Shown: positions 18,850 through 28,089, counted from the stretch's first letter. The stretch is 64,000 nucleotides of DNA from Acidimicrobiia bacterium (GCA_043720395.1 JAYSSR010000073.1:5217-69216); one strand, 5' to 3'. Notes: generated by a model from the letters alone, not told the origin. Made by a program: numbers and translations.

Positions 18850-20157
18850 TCAGCAGGTGGCGACACCGAGAATCTGCGCCGTGATGCGGTTACCCTGTCC
18901 GGGCGAGTAGCCGCCCGACTGGGAGAGGTTGTACGACGAAATCTTCACGCGGAGGAACTGCACCACCCGGTACTTCGTGTTGGCACCCGTACCCGAGACC
19001 AGATCCCACTGTGGGATAACGATCTCGATCCCCCGCAGCGTGGTGAGGCGGGTGCGGACGTTGGAGGAGTTCTGGACGCCGGTGCTGCCGACGATCCAGT
19101 CCCCGATGTTGATCTCGTGATCACTCGGGGCGGCAGCGATCCCGTAGGCGGCGTTGCCGGGATTGACGTAGGTGTACGAATTGCCGGGCAACGTCAGGCT
19201 CGTGACCAGCGTCGGGTTCGACTGCGCACCGGCCCAGGCGAGCCAGCCGAAGTTACCCGGGTTGGCACCGGCCCAGATGTCGTAGGAGTTGCCTGCCACC
19301 CAGTTGCCATGGAAGGCGATGGGCATGAGCGGGCATCCTCCAGCGGGCGGCGTCACCACAACGGTGGTCGGCACGGAGAGACCGATCGTCGTGGTGGTTG
19401 CGCCACTTCCTGCGACGGTCGTTGTCGTAGTGGGTGCAATCGTTGTCGTGTTGGGTGCAATCGTTGTCGTGGTGGGTGCAATCGTTGTCGTGGTGGGTGC
19501 AATCGTGGTCGTGGTGGGTGCAATCGTGGTCGTCGCTGCCTCGAAACCTTGCTGACGCTCGTCCACGGCATCGACCGAGATATTGCGGTCGCTGATGACC
19601 CGGCCGAAGGACAAATCCACGCTCCCGGGAACGCGCACCCGCAGAATCGGGGCGGTGGGATTCTGATCGTCGATCGCGACGCACCACTGCGACGCGTCGC
19701 CTTCATTCCTGATTAAGGTTTTTTGCGGCGAAGTGTCGTCGCGCATGATATCGGCGTCACGGCACGCGAGCCATACAGCCTCCGTCGATCGGAAGTTGGC
19801 GTTTGCGAAACGCTTCACCTCACGGAACGCCGCCTCGCGCCCGGCGATCATCCGCGCATTGCTCTGCCGCGTGCTCATGTCGACGGTCATCCCGCCTGCT
19901 GGCATCTCGGCTGCCGGGTCACTGTTGAAGCCGACCTCATACGCGCGCGCACCGGCGATGGATGCAGCGTCAGCTGCGTTTTGGGTCTTGCGCCGCAGCT
20001 GCATGGCGTACGAAAGATCAACCGTGATCGCGGCAACACCGAAGACCGCCAGGGCAACCATCACGGAGATCACCGCGATCGCTCCACGTTCGTCCGTGGA
20101 ATTCGCTCCGCCAGGTCGGCGTCGCCGCCATAGTTCCAATGTCCGTGTCCACAGCAT
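18850..20157 (-). CDS. TadG-like (TadE/G family) pilus assembly protein with internal TTTIAPT repeats
   Basis: N-terminus ERGAIAVISVMVALAVFGVAAITVDLSYAMQLRRKTQNAADAASIAG is typical of TadG. AGGAGG lies 7 nt upstream of the ATG. Confidence 0.75.
   Translation of the reverse strand: MLWTRTLELWRRRRPGGANSTDERGAIAVISVMVALAVFGVAAITVDLSYAMQLRRKTQNAADAASIAGARAYEVGFNSDPAAEMPAGGMTVDMSTRQSNARMIAGREAAFREVKRFANANFRSTEAVWLACRDADIMRDDTSPQKTLIRNEGDASQWCVAIDDQNPTAPILRVRVPGSVDLSFGRVISDRNISVDAVDERQQGFEAATTTIAPTTTTIAPTTTTIAPTTTTIAPNTTTIAPTTTTTVAGSGATTTTIGLSVPTTVVVTPPAGGCPLMPIAFHGNWVAGNSYDIWAGANPGNFGWLAWAGAQSNPTLVTSLTLPGNSYTYVNPGNAAYGIAAAPSDHEINIGDWIVGSTGVQNSSNVRTRLTTLRGIEIVIPQWDLVSGTGANTKYRVVQFLRVKISSYNLSQSGGYSPGQGNRITAQILGVATC
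19431..19535 (-). repeat. Five tandem 21-bp units inside the TadG-like gene
   Basis: tgggtgcaatcgttgtcgtg(t/g) x3 followed by tgggtgcaatcgtggtcgt(gg/cg) x2. They encode (T)TTTIAPT x5. Confidence 0.9.
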
Positions 20158-20331
20158 GTCGATTTCCTCCTGTGAGCCCGCAGATTGGCGGGGAGCACCG
20201 CGTTCCGATGAACGCTCTGGGTAGATAGATCGGCATAAATTCGGACAACTTGACCGCTTTGCGTGGTTTCTTGCCCTGAATGGGCTACCGGACCCACCTG
20301 GAGGTCACCAACGGCCCACTCCGGGGCATGC

Positions 20332-21183
20332 TCAACTCCCGTCGACGTCCGGGTCGCAGAACGTCCAGTCCCCACCGGTGCCGTACTGTGCGTTCAGACT
20401 CGTCGGAGCGGGATCGCCGGCCGCGGACGGCTCACCGAGCACCTGATCCCCGGAGGTCATCGGCAGAATGATGCGGCTGTTCAGGACCTTGTCGTCATAG
20501 AGCGACTTCAGGAAACCGGACCGAGCAGACGTGGGCGCGGAAACACACATCATGAGGGCCTGGCCGGTCGACTCGTTCCCCAGTTCCGCATCGGTCACGA
20601 TGTTGAAGTGCGTGAGGCCACCTGGGTCCGCCGGATTATCCGGCTCCGGGGTGACCATGCGCATGCGCACTCGAACGCCAGCGCGGTCGAAACCGACGCC
20701 GCCGAGAATGTTCACGGTACGACAGAGTGCCCACTGAGCGCGCGGCGTCAGAGAATTGGCAGGGCTCGGCGGCCAGGTCGGCGTCGTCATCGGAGCGGTC
20801 GCGCCCGAGCAGGTGGCAGCCATGCCGGTTGAGATGTCACGGAAGAGGTCGTCGCCGGATATCAGCCGCGCGCTCTCCTTCACCGCCTGGCGAAGCCGGA
20901 TCGCATCGTTCATCACGAAGCCCGTATCGATGGTGCCGAGTCCCAGGGCTACGAACAGCGGCAGGATGATGGCGAACTCGACGATCGAGGCCCCGCGTTC
21001 GAACGGTCGGCCCGGCCAGAAGCGATGCGTTGCCGAGTGCCTCCGTCGCCTCGGCGTCGCGCTCTTCGACCACAGGTCAACATCCACGGCCCGTTCATCG
21101 GCAACTCGCCGCCGTGACTTGAAGCGTTCGCGAAGCCGTGAGCTGCTCAAGCCGCTCGCAGTGCGTGCCGATACGTGTCCCAT
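20332..21183 (-). CDS. TadE-like pseudopilin (start uncertain; alternative GTG at 21087)
   Basis: ERGASIVEFAIILPLFVALGLGTIDTG TadE motif at residues 62-88 of the longest ORF. The Arg-rich N-terminal extension is probably not translated. Confidence 0.7.
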   Translation of the reverse strand: MGHVSARTASGLSSSRLRERFKSRRRVADERAVDVDLWSKSATPRRRRHSATHRFWPGRPFERGASIVEFAIILPLFVALGLGTIDTGFVMNDAIRLRQAVKESARLISGDDLFRDISTGMAATCSGATAPMTTPTWPPSPANSLTPRAQWALCRTVNILGGVGFDRAGVRVRMRMVTPEPDNPADPGGLTHFNIVTDAELGNESTGQALMMCVSAPTSARSGFLKSLYDDKVLNSRIILPMTSGDQVLGEPSAAGDPAPTSLNAQYGTGGDWTFCDPDVDGS

Positions 21184-21862
21184 GCCTCGCCGGGACCAGT
21201 CGCGCTTCGGAGTCGGCCGCTTCTCGGATCAGCCCATTCCGGACAGGCGCTTCAGGGCGAGAACCTCAAAGCATGATCGCCGGGAGACCGGTGCTTCCAT
21301 GATCGAGTTCGCGATCGCCGCTTCGGCATTCTTCCTTATCCTTCTCGGCATCATCGACTTCGCATTGACAATCTTCGACGTGAACGCCGGCGCTGCCGGG
21401 GTCCGAGAAGGCACGCATTCAGCCGGGGATTACATAGGTACCAACACCACCGCACCAATATCCTGCGACGGTCTGAGCAGCACAACCTTTGTTCACATCC
21501 CAGCCCATACCGGCCCTGAGGCCGAGGATGACAACGAGGCGTTGCGTATCATCTGTCGCACCAAGATTCGCATGCTGACCGCTGGCGGTGGCCGATCGCG
21601 TGTGCAGATTCGATTCGAGGACGCGGACGGCAACCCGGCACCCGATGGCGGCCTTGTCGTCAACCCCGGTCAGTACACGTTCATTGTCATCTGCGCGCAG
21701 TTTCAGGCGCGGTCCATCACCGGTGCCTTCGCCCCGATCATGGAGCGGATCACTCTCATGACGCGCAGCCGCGAACGGCTGCAGTTCACCAACGTCGTGG
21801 ACGGCGACTTCCACATCCCCGCCGGCGGCGAGACGTTCTTCGACACCACGAAGGTCTGCTGA
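21182..21862 (+). CDS. TadE-like pseudopilin (start uncertain; alternative ATG at 21299)
   Basis: ETGASMIEFAIAASAFFLILLGIIDFALT TadE motif. Divergent from the other TadE-like gene. Confidence 0.7.
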   Translation: MPRRDQSRFGVGRFSDQPIPDRRFRARTSKHDRRETGASMIEFAIAASAFFLILLGIIDFALTIFDVNAGAAGVREGTHSAGDYIGTNTTAPISCDGLSSTTFVHIPAHTGPEAEDDNEALRIICRTKIRMLTAGGGRSRVQIRFEDADGNPAPDGGLVVNPGQYTFIVICAQFQARSITGAFAPIMERITLMTRSRERLQFTNVVDGDFHIPAGGETFFDTTKVC

Positions 21863-21902
21863 GCGTCCGCAAGCTGAAACCCGCGTCGCCGCGGGCCATA
21901 GA

Positions 21903-23117
21903 TTGCCCGGTATGACTCTCCTTGAGGACGCTCCCCCGTCGGTCGCAAAGACCCGCCCCGACAAGGCCCACTGGGCACACCTCTGGGACGAGGTGGTCAC
22001 AAGCGGGCTGTGCACCGGCTGCGCCGGATGTGTGGTCGCCTGCCCGCACGACGTGCTCGGCTACGACGACACGCTCGGCATCTACAAGCCATTCCACCTC
22101 GAAGTCGACGACGGTCCCGGCGGCTGTGGCCATGGCGACAAGGGCTGCACCAGTTGCACCCGCGCCTGCCCACGGTTTCGCACGTGGGAAACCGATATCG
22201 ACTCGTTCATGTTCAAACGTGAGCGCGACGATGGCGAGGTCGACGGGATCTCGAAGGACATCATCCTCACGAGGGCGACCGACAAGCTGGTGCACGAGAA
22301 GGGCCAGGACGGCGGGCTCGTATCGGCGATGCTCATCTATGCGCTGGAGAAGGGCTACATCGACGGAGCGCTGGTGTCGTACGTAGAAGGTGACGGCAGT
22401 TCCTGGAAGGCGATCCCCGGCGTCGCTCGGACTGCCGAGGAGGTCTTGGCCGCGGCGGGCAGCCGGTACACGTACAGCGCGAATGCCATGGCCTACGCGG
22501 AAGCGGTCGGGATGGGTCTGGAGAAACTCGCTCTGGTGGGGATGAGCTGCATGTCCAGCGTCCCCGCAGTGATGAACGCGCGCAAGGCTGGGAAGCCCGC
22601 GCGCAAGTTCGCTCTCAATATCGGGCTGCTCTGCTCCAAGACCTTCGACGACGCCATCTTCGAGGAGCTCTTCGAGGCCAAGTACGGCCTGAAGAAGCAG
22701 GACATGGTCAAGATGAACATCAAGGGTGTCTTCCAGATCTGGATGAAGGATGGCAGCTACCACGAGGTGAACCTCAAGGAGTGCCACGCCTGGACCCGTG
22801 AGGGGTGCATGACCTGCCCCGATTTCGCAGCCGAACACGCAGACATTTCCACCGGCGGTATCGGGTCCTTCAACGACTGGACGCTCACGATCGTACGCAC
22901 CGATATCGGCCGCAGGATCATCATCGAAATGCTCGAAGCTGGGCTGATCGAAGGACGGCCCGGTGACGATGACCCCGCAGCGATCGATCTCCTACGAAAG
23001 CTGTCGATCGTGAGCCGCAGGCGTTGGCCCCAGACCGTGAACTTCACGTCGCCCCGCCGGGGTATCCCTCCGCCGAAGCCCAAGGCCGACACTGCACCGC
23101 TTGCCGGCGCGACGTGA
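21903..23117 (+). CDS. FrhB/FdhB-family (coenzyme F420 hydrogenase/dehydrogenase beta-like) Fe-S flavoprotein
   Basis: N-terminal CTGCAGCVVACP...CTSCTRACP 2x[4Fe-4S] motifs followed by the FrhB_FdhB N/C pattern (GQDGGLVSAML, GSRYTYS, GMSCM, CMTCPDF). Confidence 0.8.
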   Translation: MPGMTLLEDAPPSVAKTRPDKAHWAHLWDEVVTSGLCTGCAGCVVACPHDVLGYDDTLGIYKPFHLEVDDGPGGCGHGDKGCTSCTRACPRFRTWETDIDSFMFKRERDDGEVDGISKDIILTRATDKLVHEKGQDGGLVSAMLIYALEKGYIDGALVSYVEGDGSSWKAIPGVARTAEEVLAAAGSRYTYSANAMAYAEAVGMGLEKLALVGMSCMSSVPAVMNARKAGKPARKFALNIGLLCSKTFDDAIFEELFEAKYGLKKQDMVKMNIKGVFQIWMKDGSYHEVNLKECHAWTREGCMTCPDFAAEHADISTGGIGSFNDWTLTIVRTDIGRRIIIEMLEAGLIEGRPGDDDPAAIDLLRKLSIVSRRRWPQTVNFTSPRRGIPPPKPKADTAPLAGAT

Positions 23118-23158
23118 CCTCTCATCGGGCATTCACCGACGGGTCGTAGGTTCGCACG

Positions 23159-23833
23159 ATGCGCGTGCTGGTGGTTGAAGACGAGGCGAGGATGTCCGCC
23201 CTGTTGAAGCGCGGGCTCGAAGCCGAAGGCCATGTGGTGGATGTGGCCGAAACCGGCGTCGATGCCCTCTGGTCCGCGACCGAAGTGGAATTCGACGTGA
23301 TCGTGCTCGACGCCATGATCCCCGCTCCCGACGGGTTCGCCGTCGCAAAGGAACTCCGAGCGCGAGGCCGTGCGACACCGATCATCATGCTGACCGCACG
23401 CGACGCGGTGGACGATCGCGTGAAGGGCCTCGACGCTGGCGCCGACGATTACCTCACCAAACCCTTCGCATTCGCGGAGCTCTTCGCGCGTGTCCGAGCC
23501 GTCGCGCGGCGTGCGCCGGAGACACGGCCGCCCGTGCTCGCTGTGGGCGACCTCACCCTCGATCCGGCGCAACGCCTGGTCCGTCGCGGTGAGGTCGACA
23601 TCGAACTGTCGCCCACCGAGTACGCGCTCCTCGAACATCTCATGCGCCACGAGGGCCAGGTGCGGACACGGGCCCAGATCATCGAGAACGTCTGGGATTT
23701 TGCGTTCGATCCCAATTCCAACGTTGTTGACGTGTACATCCGGTATCTCCGCGAGAAGGTCGACCGCCGGTTTGGAGTGGAGACGATCCTCACGGTCCGC
23801 GGTGCCGGATACGTGTTGCGCGCGGTGCCGTGA
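23159..23833 (+). CDS. OmpR-family response regulator (MprA-like by context)
   Basis: MRVLVVEDE...VIVLDAMIP...LTKPF receiver domain plus a winged-helix C-terminus (LSPTEYALLEHLM, VDVYIRYLREK, RGAGY). Confidence 0.92.
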   Translation: MRVLVVEDEARMSALLKRGLEAEGHVVDVAETGVDALWSATEVEFDVIVLDAMIPAPDGFAVAKELRARGRATPIIMLTARDAVDDRVKGLDAGADDYLTKPFAFAELFARVRAVARRAPETRPPVLAVGDLTLDPAQRLVRRGEVDIELSPTEYALLEHLMRHEGQVRTRAQIIENVWDFAFDPNSNVVDVYIRYLREKVDRRFGVETILTVRGAGYVLRAVP

Positions 23834-25266
23834 AACTGAGCGACCTATCGATCCGGGCACGACTCACGTCGCTCTTTGTGCTCGTGTCCATCGCCGTTGT
23901 CGCAGCGGTGAGCGCCCTGCTGCTCCACGATCAACAGGCCAACGCGTCCGAGCGACTTGACCGTCAGCTCGTGAAACGGATCGACGCCATCGAGATCGCG
24001 ATCCGCACGAAGGGCAAGTTCCCCTACAGCGAGTTGTACGGGGAAGTGATCGACGCCGACTACCGCATCCTCGGCATGTCGAGCGCTGTCGATCTCCCGG
24101 GCCTTCTCACGCAAAGCCAGGCCGACTTTGTCCTGCGCAACGGATCGCTGTCGTTCACCGCTTCGGATCAGTCTCTTGGCGCGAACGCGCGGTTCCTCGC
24201 GCAGCGTCGCAGGGTCGGCAATGCTGCCTTGGTGATCGTGGTGGGCACGGGCGAGAACACGCTTCGCGACGCTCACCGTCGTCTTCTCTGGACGCTCGCG
24301 ATCGGCGGACCGCTGCTCGTGGCGTTGACGGCCGTCGGTGGTTGGACGCTGTCAGGCGGCGTCTTGCGACCCGTGCGGCGAATGACGAAAGACGCGAGCG
24401 ACATCTCGCAATTCGATTCGTCTGCGCGCTTAGCAATGCCGATTCGACACGATGAAATCTGGCATCTCGGGTCGACGCTCAACGCCATGCTCGACCGGCT
24501 GGAGACGTCGTATCGGCGCGAACGATCCTTCGTTGATGACGCGTCCCACGAACTCCGCACCCCCCTGTCGATCTTGCGCGGGGAACTCGAACTGGCTCTC
24601 CTCCACCCGGGCGATACAGCGTCGAGGGCGGCATCAATTCAACGCTCGATCAATGAGGTCGACCGACTCGCGCTCCTGACCGACGACCTTCTGGTGCTGG
24701 CGAGAACCGATCGCGCCGACCCTTCCAGTCGTCCCACACCGAAGCCAGTCGACGCGCTCGACGTTGCCCGAAGCGTCATCGAACGCCGAATGCTCAACGG
24801 ACCAACGGACGTCGCGGTGACCGCCTCGGGATCCGCGAGCCCAACTCTGGTGCGACGCGAGAACCTTGAGCGAATCATCGGCAATCTGACCGACAACGCA
24901 ACAAGGTTCGCCGTGTCTGCCGTCACCGTGACCGTGACAAGCACCGACACCTGGTCGGAGATCCGCGTGGACGACGACGGCCCCGGATTCCCCGCTGCGT
25001 TTCTGCCATCGGTGTTCGAACGGTTCAGCGTCGCGAGCGAAGCAAGGACTCGCCGTGAAGGTGGTGGTACTGGGCTCGGTCTGGCAATCGTACGTGCACT
25101 TACCATTGAGTCGGGTGGCAACGTGGAAGCGAGCAACATCGATCCTCGTGGTGCCCGGGTCCTTGTTCGCCTCCCAGCCGCTCCGTTGAGTTCGATGGCT
25201 CTCATCGACCATTCACCCGCCGAGCGCGACAACGTCACTCATGAGCGAGCCGACTTCCCCGTTTGA
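23830..25266 (+). CDS. Sensor histidine kinase (TM-HAMP-HisKA-HATPase)
   Basis: H-box FVDDASHELRTPLS, N box LTDNATRF, G boxes DDGPGF and GGTGLGLAIV. Overlaps the regulator stop (GTGA). Confidence 0.9.
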   Translation: MKLSDLSIRARLTSLFVLVSIAVVAAVSALLLHDQQANASERLDRQLVKRIDAIEIAIRTKGKFPYSELYGEVIDADYRILGMSSAVDLPGLLTQSQADFVLRNGSLSFTASDQSLGANARFLAQRRRVGNAALVIVVGTGENTLRDAHRRLLWTLAIGGPLLVALTAVGGWTLSGGVLRPVRRMTKDASDISQFDSSARLAMPIRHDEIWHLGSTLNAMLDRLETSYRRERSFVDDASHELRTPLSILRGELELALLHPGDTASRAASIQRSINEVDRLALLTDDLLVLARTDRADPSSRPTPKPVDALDVARSVIERRMLNGPTDVAVTASGSASPTLVRRENLERIIGNLTDNATRFAVSAVTVTVTSTDTWSEIRVDDDGPGFPAAFLPSVFERFSVASEARTRREGGGTGLGLAIVRALTIESGGNVEASNIDPRGARVLVRLPAAPLSSMALIDHSPAERDNVTHERADFPV

Positions 25267-26656
25267 AGTACCCACGATCCCCCTTGCCACGGCGGACGCA
25301 GTACTGACCCCGGCATCCGATCCCGCGCTTGAGCCAACGCGCGAGTTGAGGGCCACGTGGGGGCGGCCCACCGACGTCGCCGACTACGCCGATGCCTCGA
25401 CGTCGCGGCCTCAACTCGGCCACCGCGGCCCCGAATCGGCCCGATCTGAGGCCGCGCCGACCGACATGGGGCCACGACCTCCCGAGCCGCCCGACTCAAC
25501 ACCGACCGCCGGCAGGCGTGCGATGAGTTCGGGCAGGGCTGCCGCCGTCGGTGGACTTGTTGGCGCGCTGCTCTCGAGCGCCGTGCTCGGCACCGCGTTG
25601 GTGGCAACTCGCAAAGACAACGGGTCCACGAAGACGGCCACGTCCCAAACCGCTGCGGCAACGCCGTCGCTCGTCGTCGCAAAGGGCGGAACAACCACCG
25701 CCGGGTCGATCACCAACATCACAAGCCTGCTCCAATCCGTCGAACCTGCCGTTGTGAACATCACCACAAAGGGATTCGATCCGAACAGCGTCTTCGGGGC
25801 GTACCCGCAATCGGGTGCAGGCACCGGCATGGTCGTGTCGGCCGATGGCTACATCATCACCAACGCTCACGTGGTTGCCGATGCCAACACGATAAAGGTC
25901 ACATTCCACGATCGAAAGGTTCGGACCGCTCGTGTCATCGGCGCTGACCCTGCAAAGGACATTGCGCTCATCAAGGTTGACGCCACCGGCCTGTCGACGG
26001 TCACCTTCGGGTCATCGAAAAACCTCAGCGTCGGTGAACAGGTCGTCGCCATCGGGAACGCGCTTGCGCTGCCCGGTGGTCCGACGGTCACAACAGGCAT
26101 CGTGTCTGCAGTCGACCGCACGATCGAAGGAGGCGGCGAGCGACTCTCGGGACTTGTCCAGACTGATGCGGCCATCAATCCAGGCAACTCTGGTGGTCCG
26201 CTCGTGAACTCCAAGGGTCAAGTCATCGGAATGAACACGGCGATTCTTTCGAATTCGAACAACATCGGATTCGCGATTGCCTCTGACCAGATCACCTCCC
26301 TTTACGAGACGCTGAAGAAGGAGGCCGCGAATCCCTCGAACCCCAATCGCCCGCGCACATTCCTCGGAGTGTCGACGCAGACGGTCTCGTCCGACATGAA
26401 GGAACGCTTCGGTCTCGGGACCGACAAGGGCGTTCTCGTCGTAGACGTAACGATCGGGTCAGCAGCAGACAATGCCGGGATGAAGGCAGGCGACGTCATC
26501 GTGAAGTTCGACGGCAAGGCGGTGACGCAAGCCGATGCGCTCGTGGCGCTCGTCCACGCCAAGAAGCCGGCTGATCAGGTCGACGTTTCGTGGGTCACTC
26601 AGGACGGTAGGACGATAAACGCGAAGGTCGAGCTGGGCCAGGCGCGCCGGACCTAG
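25241..26656 (+). CDS. HtrA/DegP (S1C) serine protease with PDZ domain (PepD-like by context)
   Basis: ITNAHVV, DIALIKV and NPGNSGGPL form the catalytic triad context. C-terminal PDZ (GVLVVDV..GSAADNAGMKAGDVIV). Confidence 0.9.
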   Translation: MSEPTSPFEVPTIPLATADAVLTPASDPALEPTRELRATWGRPTDVADYADASTSRPQLGHRGPESARSEAAPTDMGPRPPEPPDSTPTAGRRAMSSGRAAAVGGLVGALLSSAVLGTALVATRKDNGSTKTATSQTAAATPSLVVAKGGTTTAGSITNITSLLQSVEPAVVNITTKGFDPNSVFGAYPQSGAGTGMVVSADGYIITNAHVVADANTIKVTFHDRKVRTARVIGADPAKDIALIKVDATGLSTVTFGSSKNLSVGEQVVAIGNALALPGGPTVTTGIVSAVDRTIEGGGERLSGLVQTDAAINPGNSGGPLVNSKGQVIGMNTAILSNSNNIGFAIASDQITSLYETLKKEAANPSNPNRPRTFLGVSTQTVSSDMKERFGLGTDKGVLVVDVTIGSAADNAGMKAGDVIVKFDGKAVTQADALVALVHAKKPADQVDVSWVTQDGRTINAKVELGQARRT

Positions 26657-27368
26657 CGCACGCAAGCGGAAGTTGCGGCGATGCGGTAGTTGTAAGTAGC
26701 GCAGCCCGCGTGAACACGGCATCGAGCATCGCTTCGGTGAGCCGACCAGTGAACGTGTTCTGCTGGCTCGGATGAAAGGAGCACACGATGATGAGCGCCC
26801 TCCCGTTCCCCGTCGTTGTCTCTGCCTCAACGCCATGACCGAATCTCGGGCGCCCCTGCATCGCGAACTGACGCGCCGCCACGTCGTATGCGAACTGACC
26901 AAGCGCGACGACGACACGCAGATCACGAAGCAGCTCGACCTCGCGGTCCAGAAATGGCCGACACGCATCGCGTTCCTGCGGCGTCGGTTTGTTCGCCGGA
27001 GGCGCGCACCGAACTGCTGCCGATATCCAAGCGCCCGTCAGGATGAGTCCGTCATCGACATGGTCACTGTTCGGCTGGTTCGCAAACCCGGCGCGTTGCA
27101 TGGCCCGGAACAGCCAGTCGCCCGAGCGGTCACCGGTGAACAGCCGTCCGGTTCGGTTCGCTCCATGCGCCGCGGGTGCCAGTCCGAGCACCAGCACTCT
27201 CGCTGCGGGGTCGCCGAACCCAGGCACGCCTCGGCCCCAATAGGTCCAGTCGCGGTACGACGCGCGCTTCTCCGCAGCGACTGCTTCGCGCCACGCCACG
27301 AGCCGCTCGCACCGCCGACACGCACCGATCTCGCTGTGAAGCTGCGCGAGCGAATCCGTCTCGTCCAT
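26595..27368 (-). CDS. Uracil-DNA glycosylase, family 5 (UdgB-like)
   Basis: CRRCERL Fe-S cysteines and GLAPAAHGANRTGRLFTGD, HPSQQN motifs. Start set at MDETDSL (27368). The 3' end overlaps the protease gene by 62 bp (convergent). Confidence 0.8.
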   Translation of the reverse strand: MDETDSLAQLHSEIGACRRCERLVAWREAVAAEKRASYRDWTYWGRGVPGFGDPAARVLVLGLAPAAHGANRTGRLFTGDRSGDWLFRAMQRAGFANQPNSDHVDDGLILTGAWISAAVRCAPPANKPTPQERDACRPFLDREVELLRDLRVVVALGQFAYDVAARQFAMQGRPRFGHGVEAETTTGNGRALIIVCSFHPSQQNTFTGRLTEAMLDAVFTRAALLTTTASPQLPLACARSGAPGPARPSRLSSYRPE

Positions 27369-27426
27369 TGCGCCAGTCTCGCCGCCGAATCTCGTAGCCG
27401 AGACCAACGGATAGCGTTGCGGGCGC

Positions 27427-28089
27427 ATGGTCGCGGACAAGTCAGCAGGGAAAAGGCCGAAGGGCCCCGCGCCCACGGTGGTTCTTCTCGTCCGCCACGG
27501 GCAGACCCCGACCACCGGCGTGAAGCTTCCGGGCCGCGCCAAGGGACTGCACCTCAGCGATGTCGGCCGCGGCCAAGCCGAAGACGTCGCGACCCGGCTT
27601 GTCAGCGTCGCCAAGATCGACGCCATTTACTCATCGCCGTTGGAACGGGCTCGTGAAACGGCTGGCCCCCTCGCCCGCCAGCGCTCGATGGCCGTTCGCA
27701 TCGAGCGCGGCCTGTTCGAATGCGACTTCGGCGACTGGACCGGGAGCGACCTCAAGGATCTCTACAAGCTCCCCGAGTGGTCCACGGTGCAGCGCTACCC
27801 CTCGGGCTTCCGCTTCCCGAATGGCGAGTCCTTCATCGAAATGCAGACCCGGATTGTGACGGCGATCGCACGACTCGTCGCGCTGCATCCGGGTGGCACG
27901 ATCATCGCCGTCAGCCACGCGGACCCGATCAAGGCAGCGGTGGCAGACGCGCTCGGCACCCACCTCGACCTGTTCCAGCGGATCTCTATTTCGACGTGCT
28001 CGGTCACGGCAATCGCTTACGGACCGACGGGACCAAGCGTGCTCACGGTCAACGAGACCGGCGATCTCGGGAAGCTCAAGGCGTCGTGA
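27427..28089 (+). CDS. Histidine phosphatase (phosphoglycerate-mutase-like), MSMEG_4193-type putative phosphomutase
   Basis: LVRHGQT catalytic RHG motif and SHADPIKA. First gene of the conserved triad with DUF3090 and the SCO1664-family protein. Confidence 0.85.
   Translation: MVADKSAGKRPKGPAPTVVLLVRHGQTPTTGVKLPGRAKGLHLSDVGRGQAEDVATRLVSVAKIDAIYSSPLERARETAGPLARQRSMAVRIERGLFECDFGDWTGSDLKDLYKLPEWSTVQRYPSGFRFPNGESFIEMQTRIVTAIARLVALHPGGTIIAVSHADPIKAAVADALGTHLDLFQRISISTCSVTAIAYGPTGPSVLTVNETGDLGKLKAS

Noticed and set aside
20158-20331. Small ORFs between the TadE-like and TadG-like genes, and in 49285-49394 and 50115-50224, as candidate Flp pilins.
   Set aside because: The only ORFs present (for example MPRSGPLVTSRWVR) lack a hydrophobic segment and the G/xxxxEY Flp processing motif.
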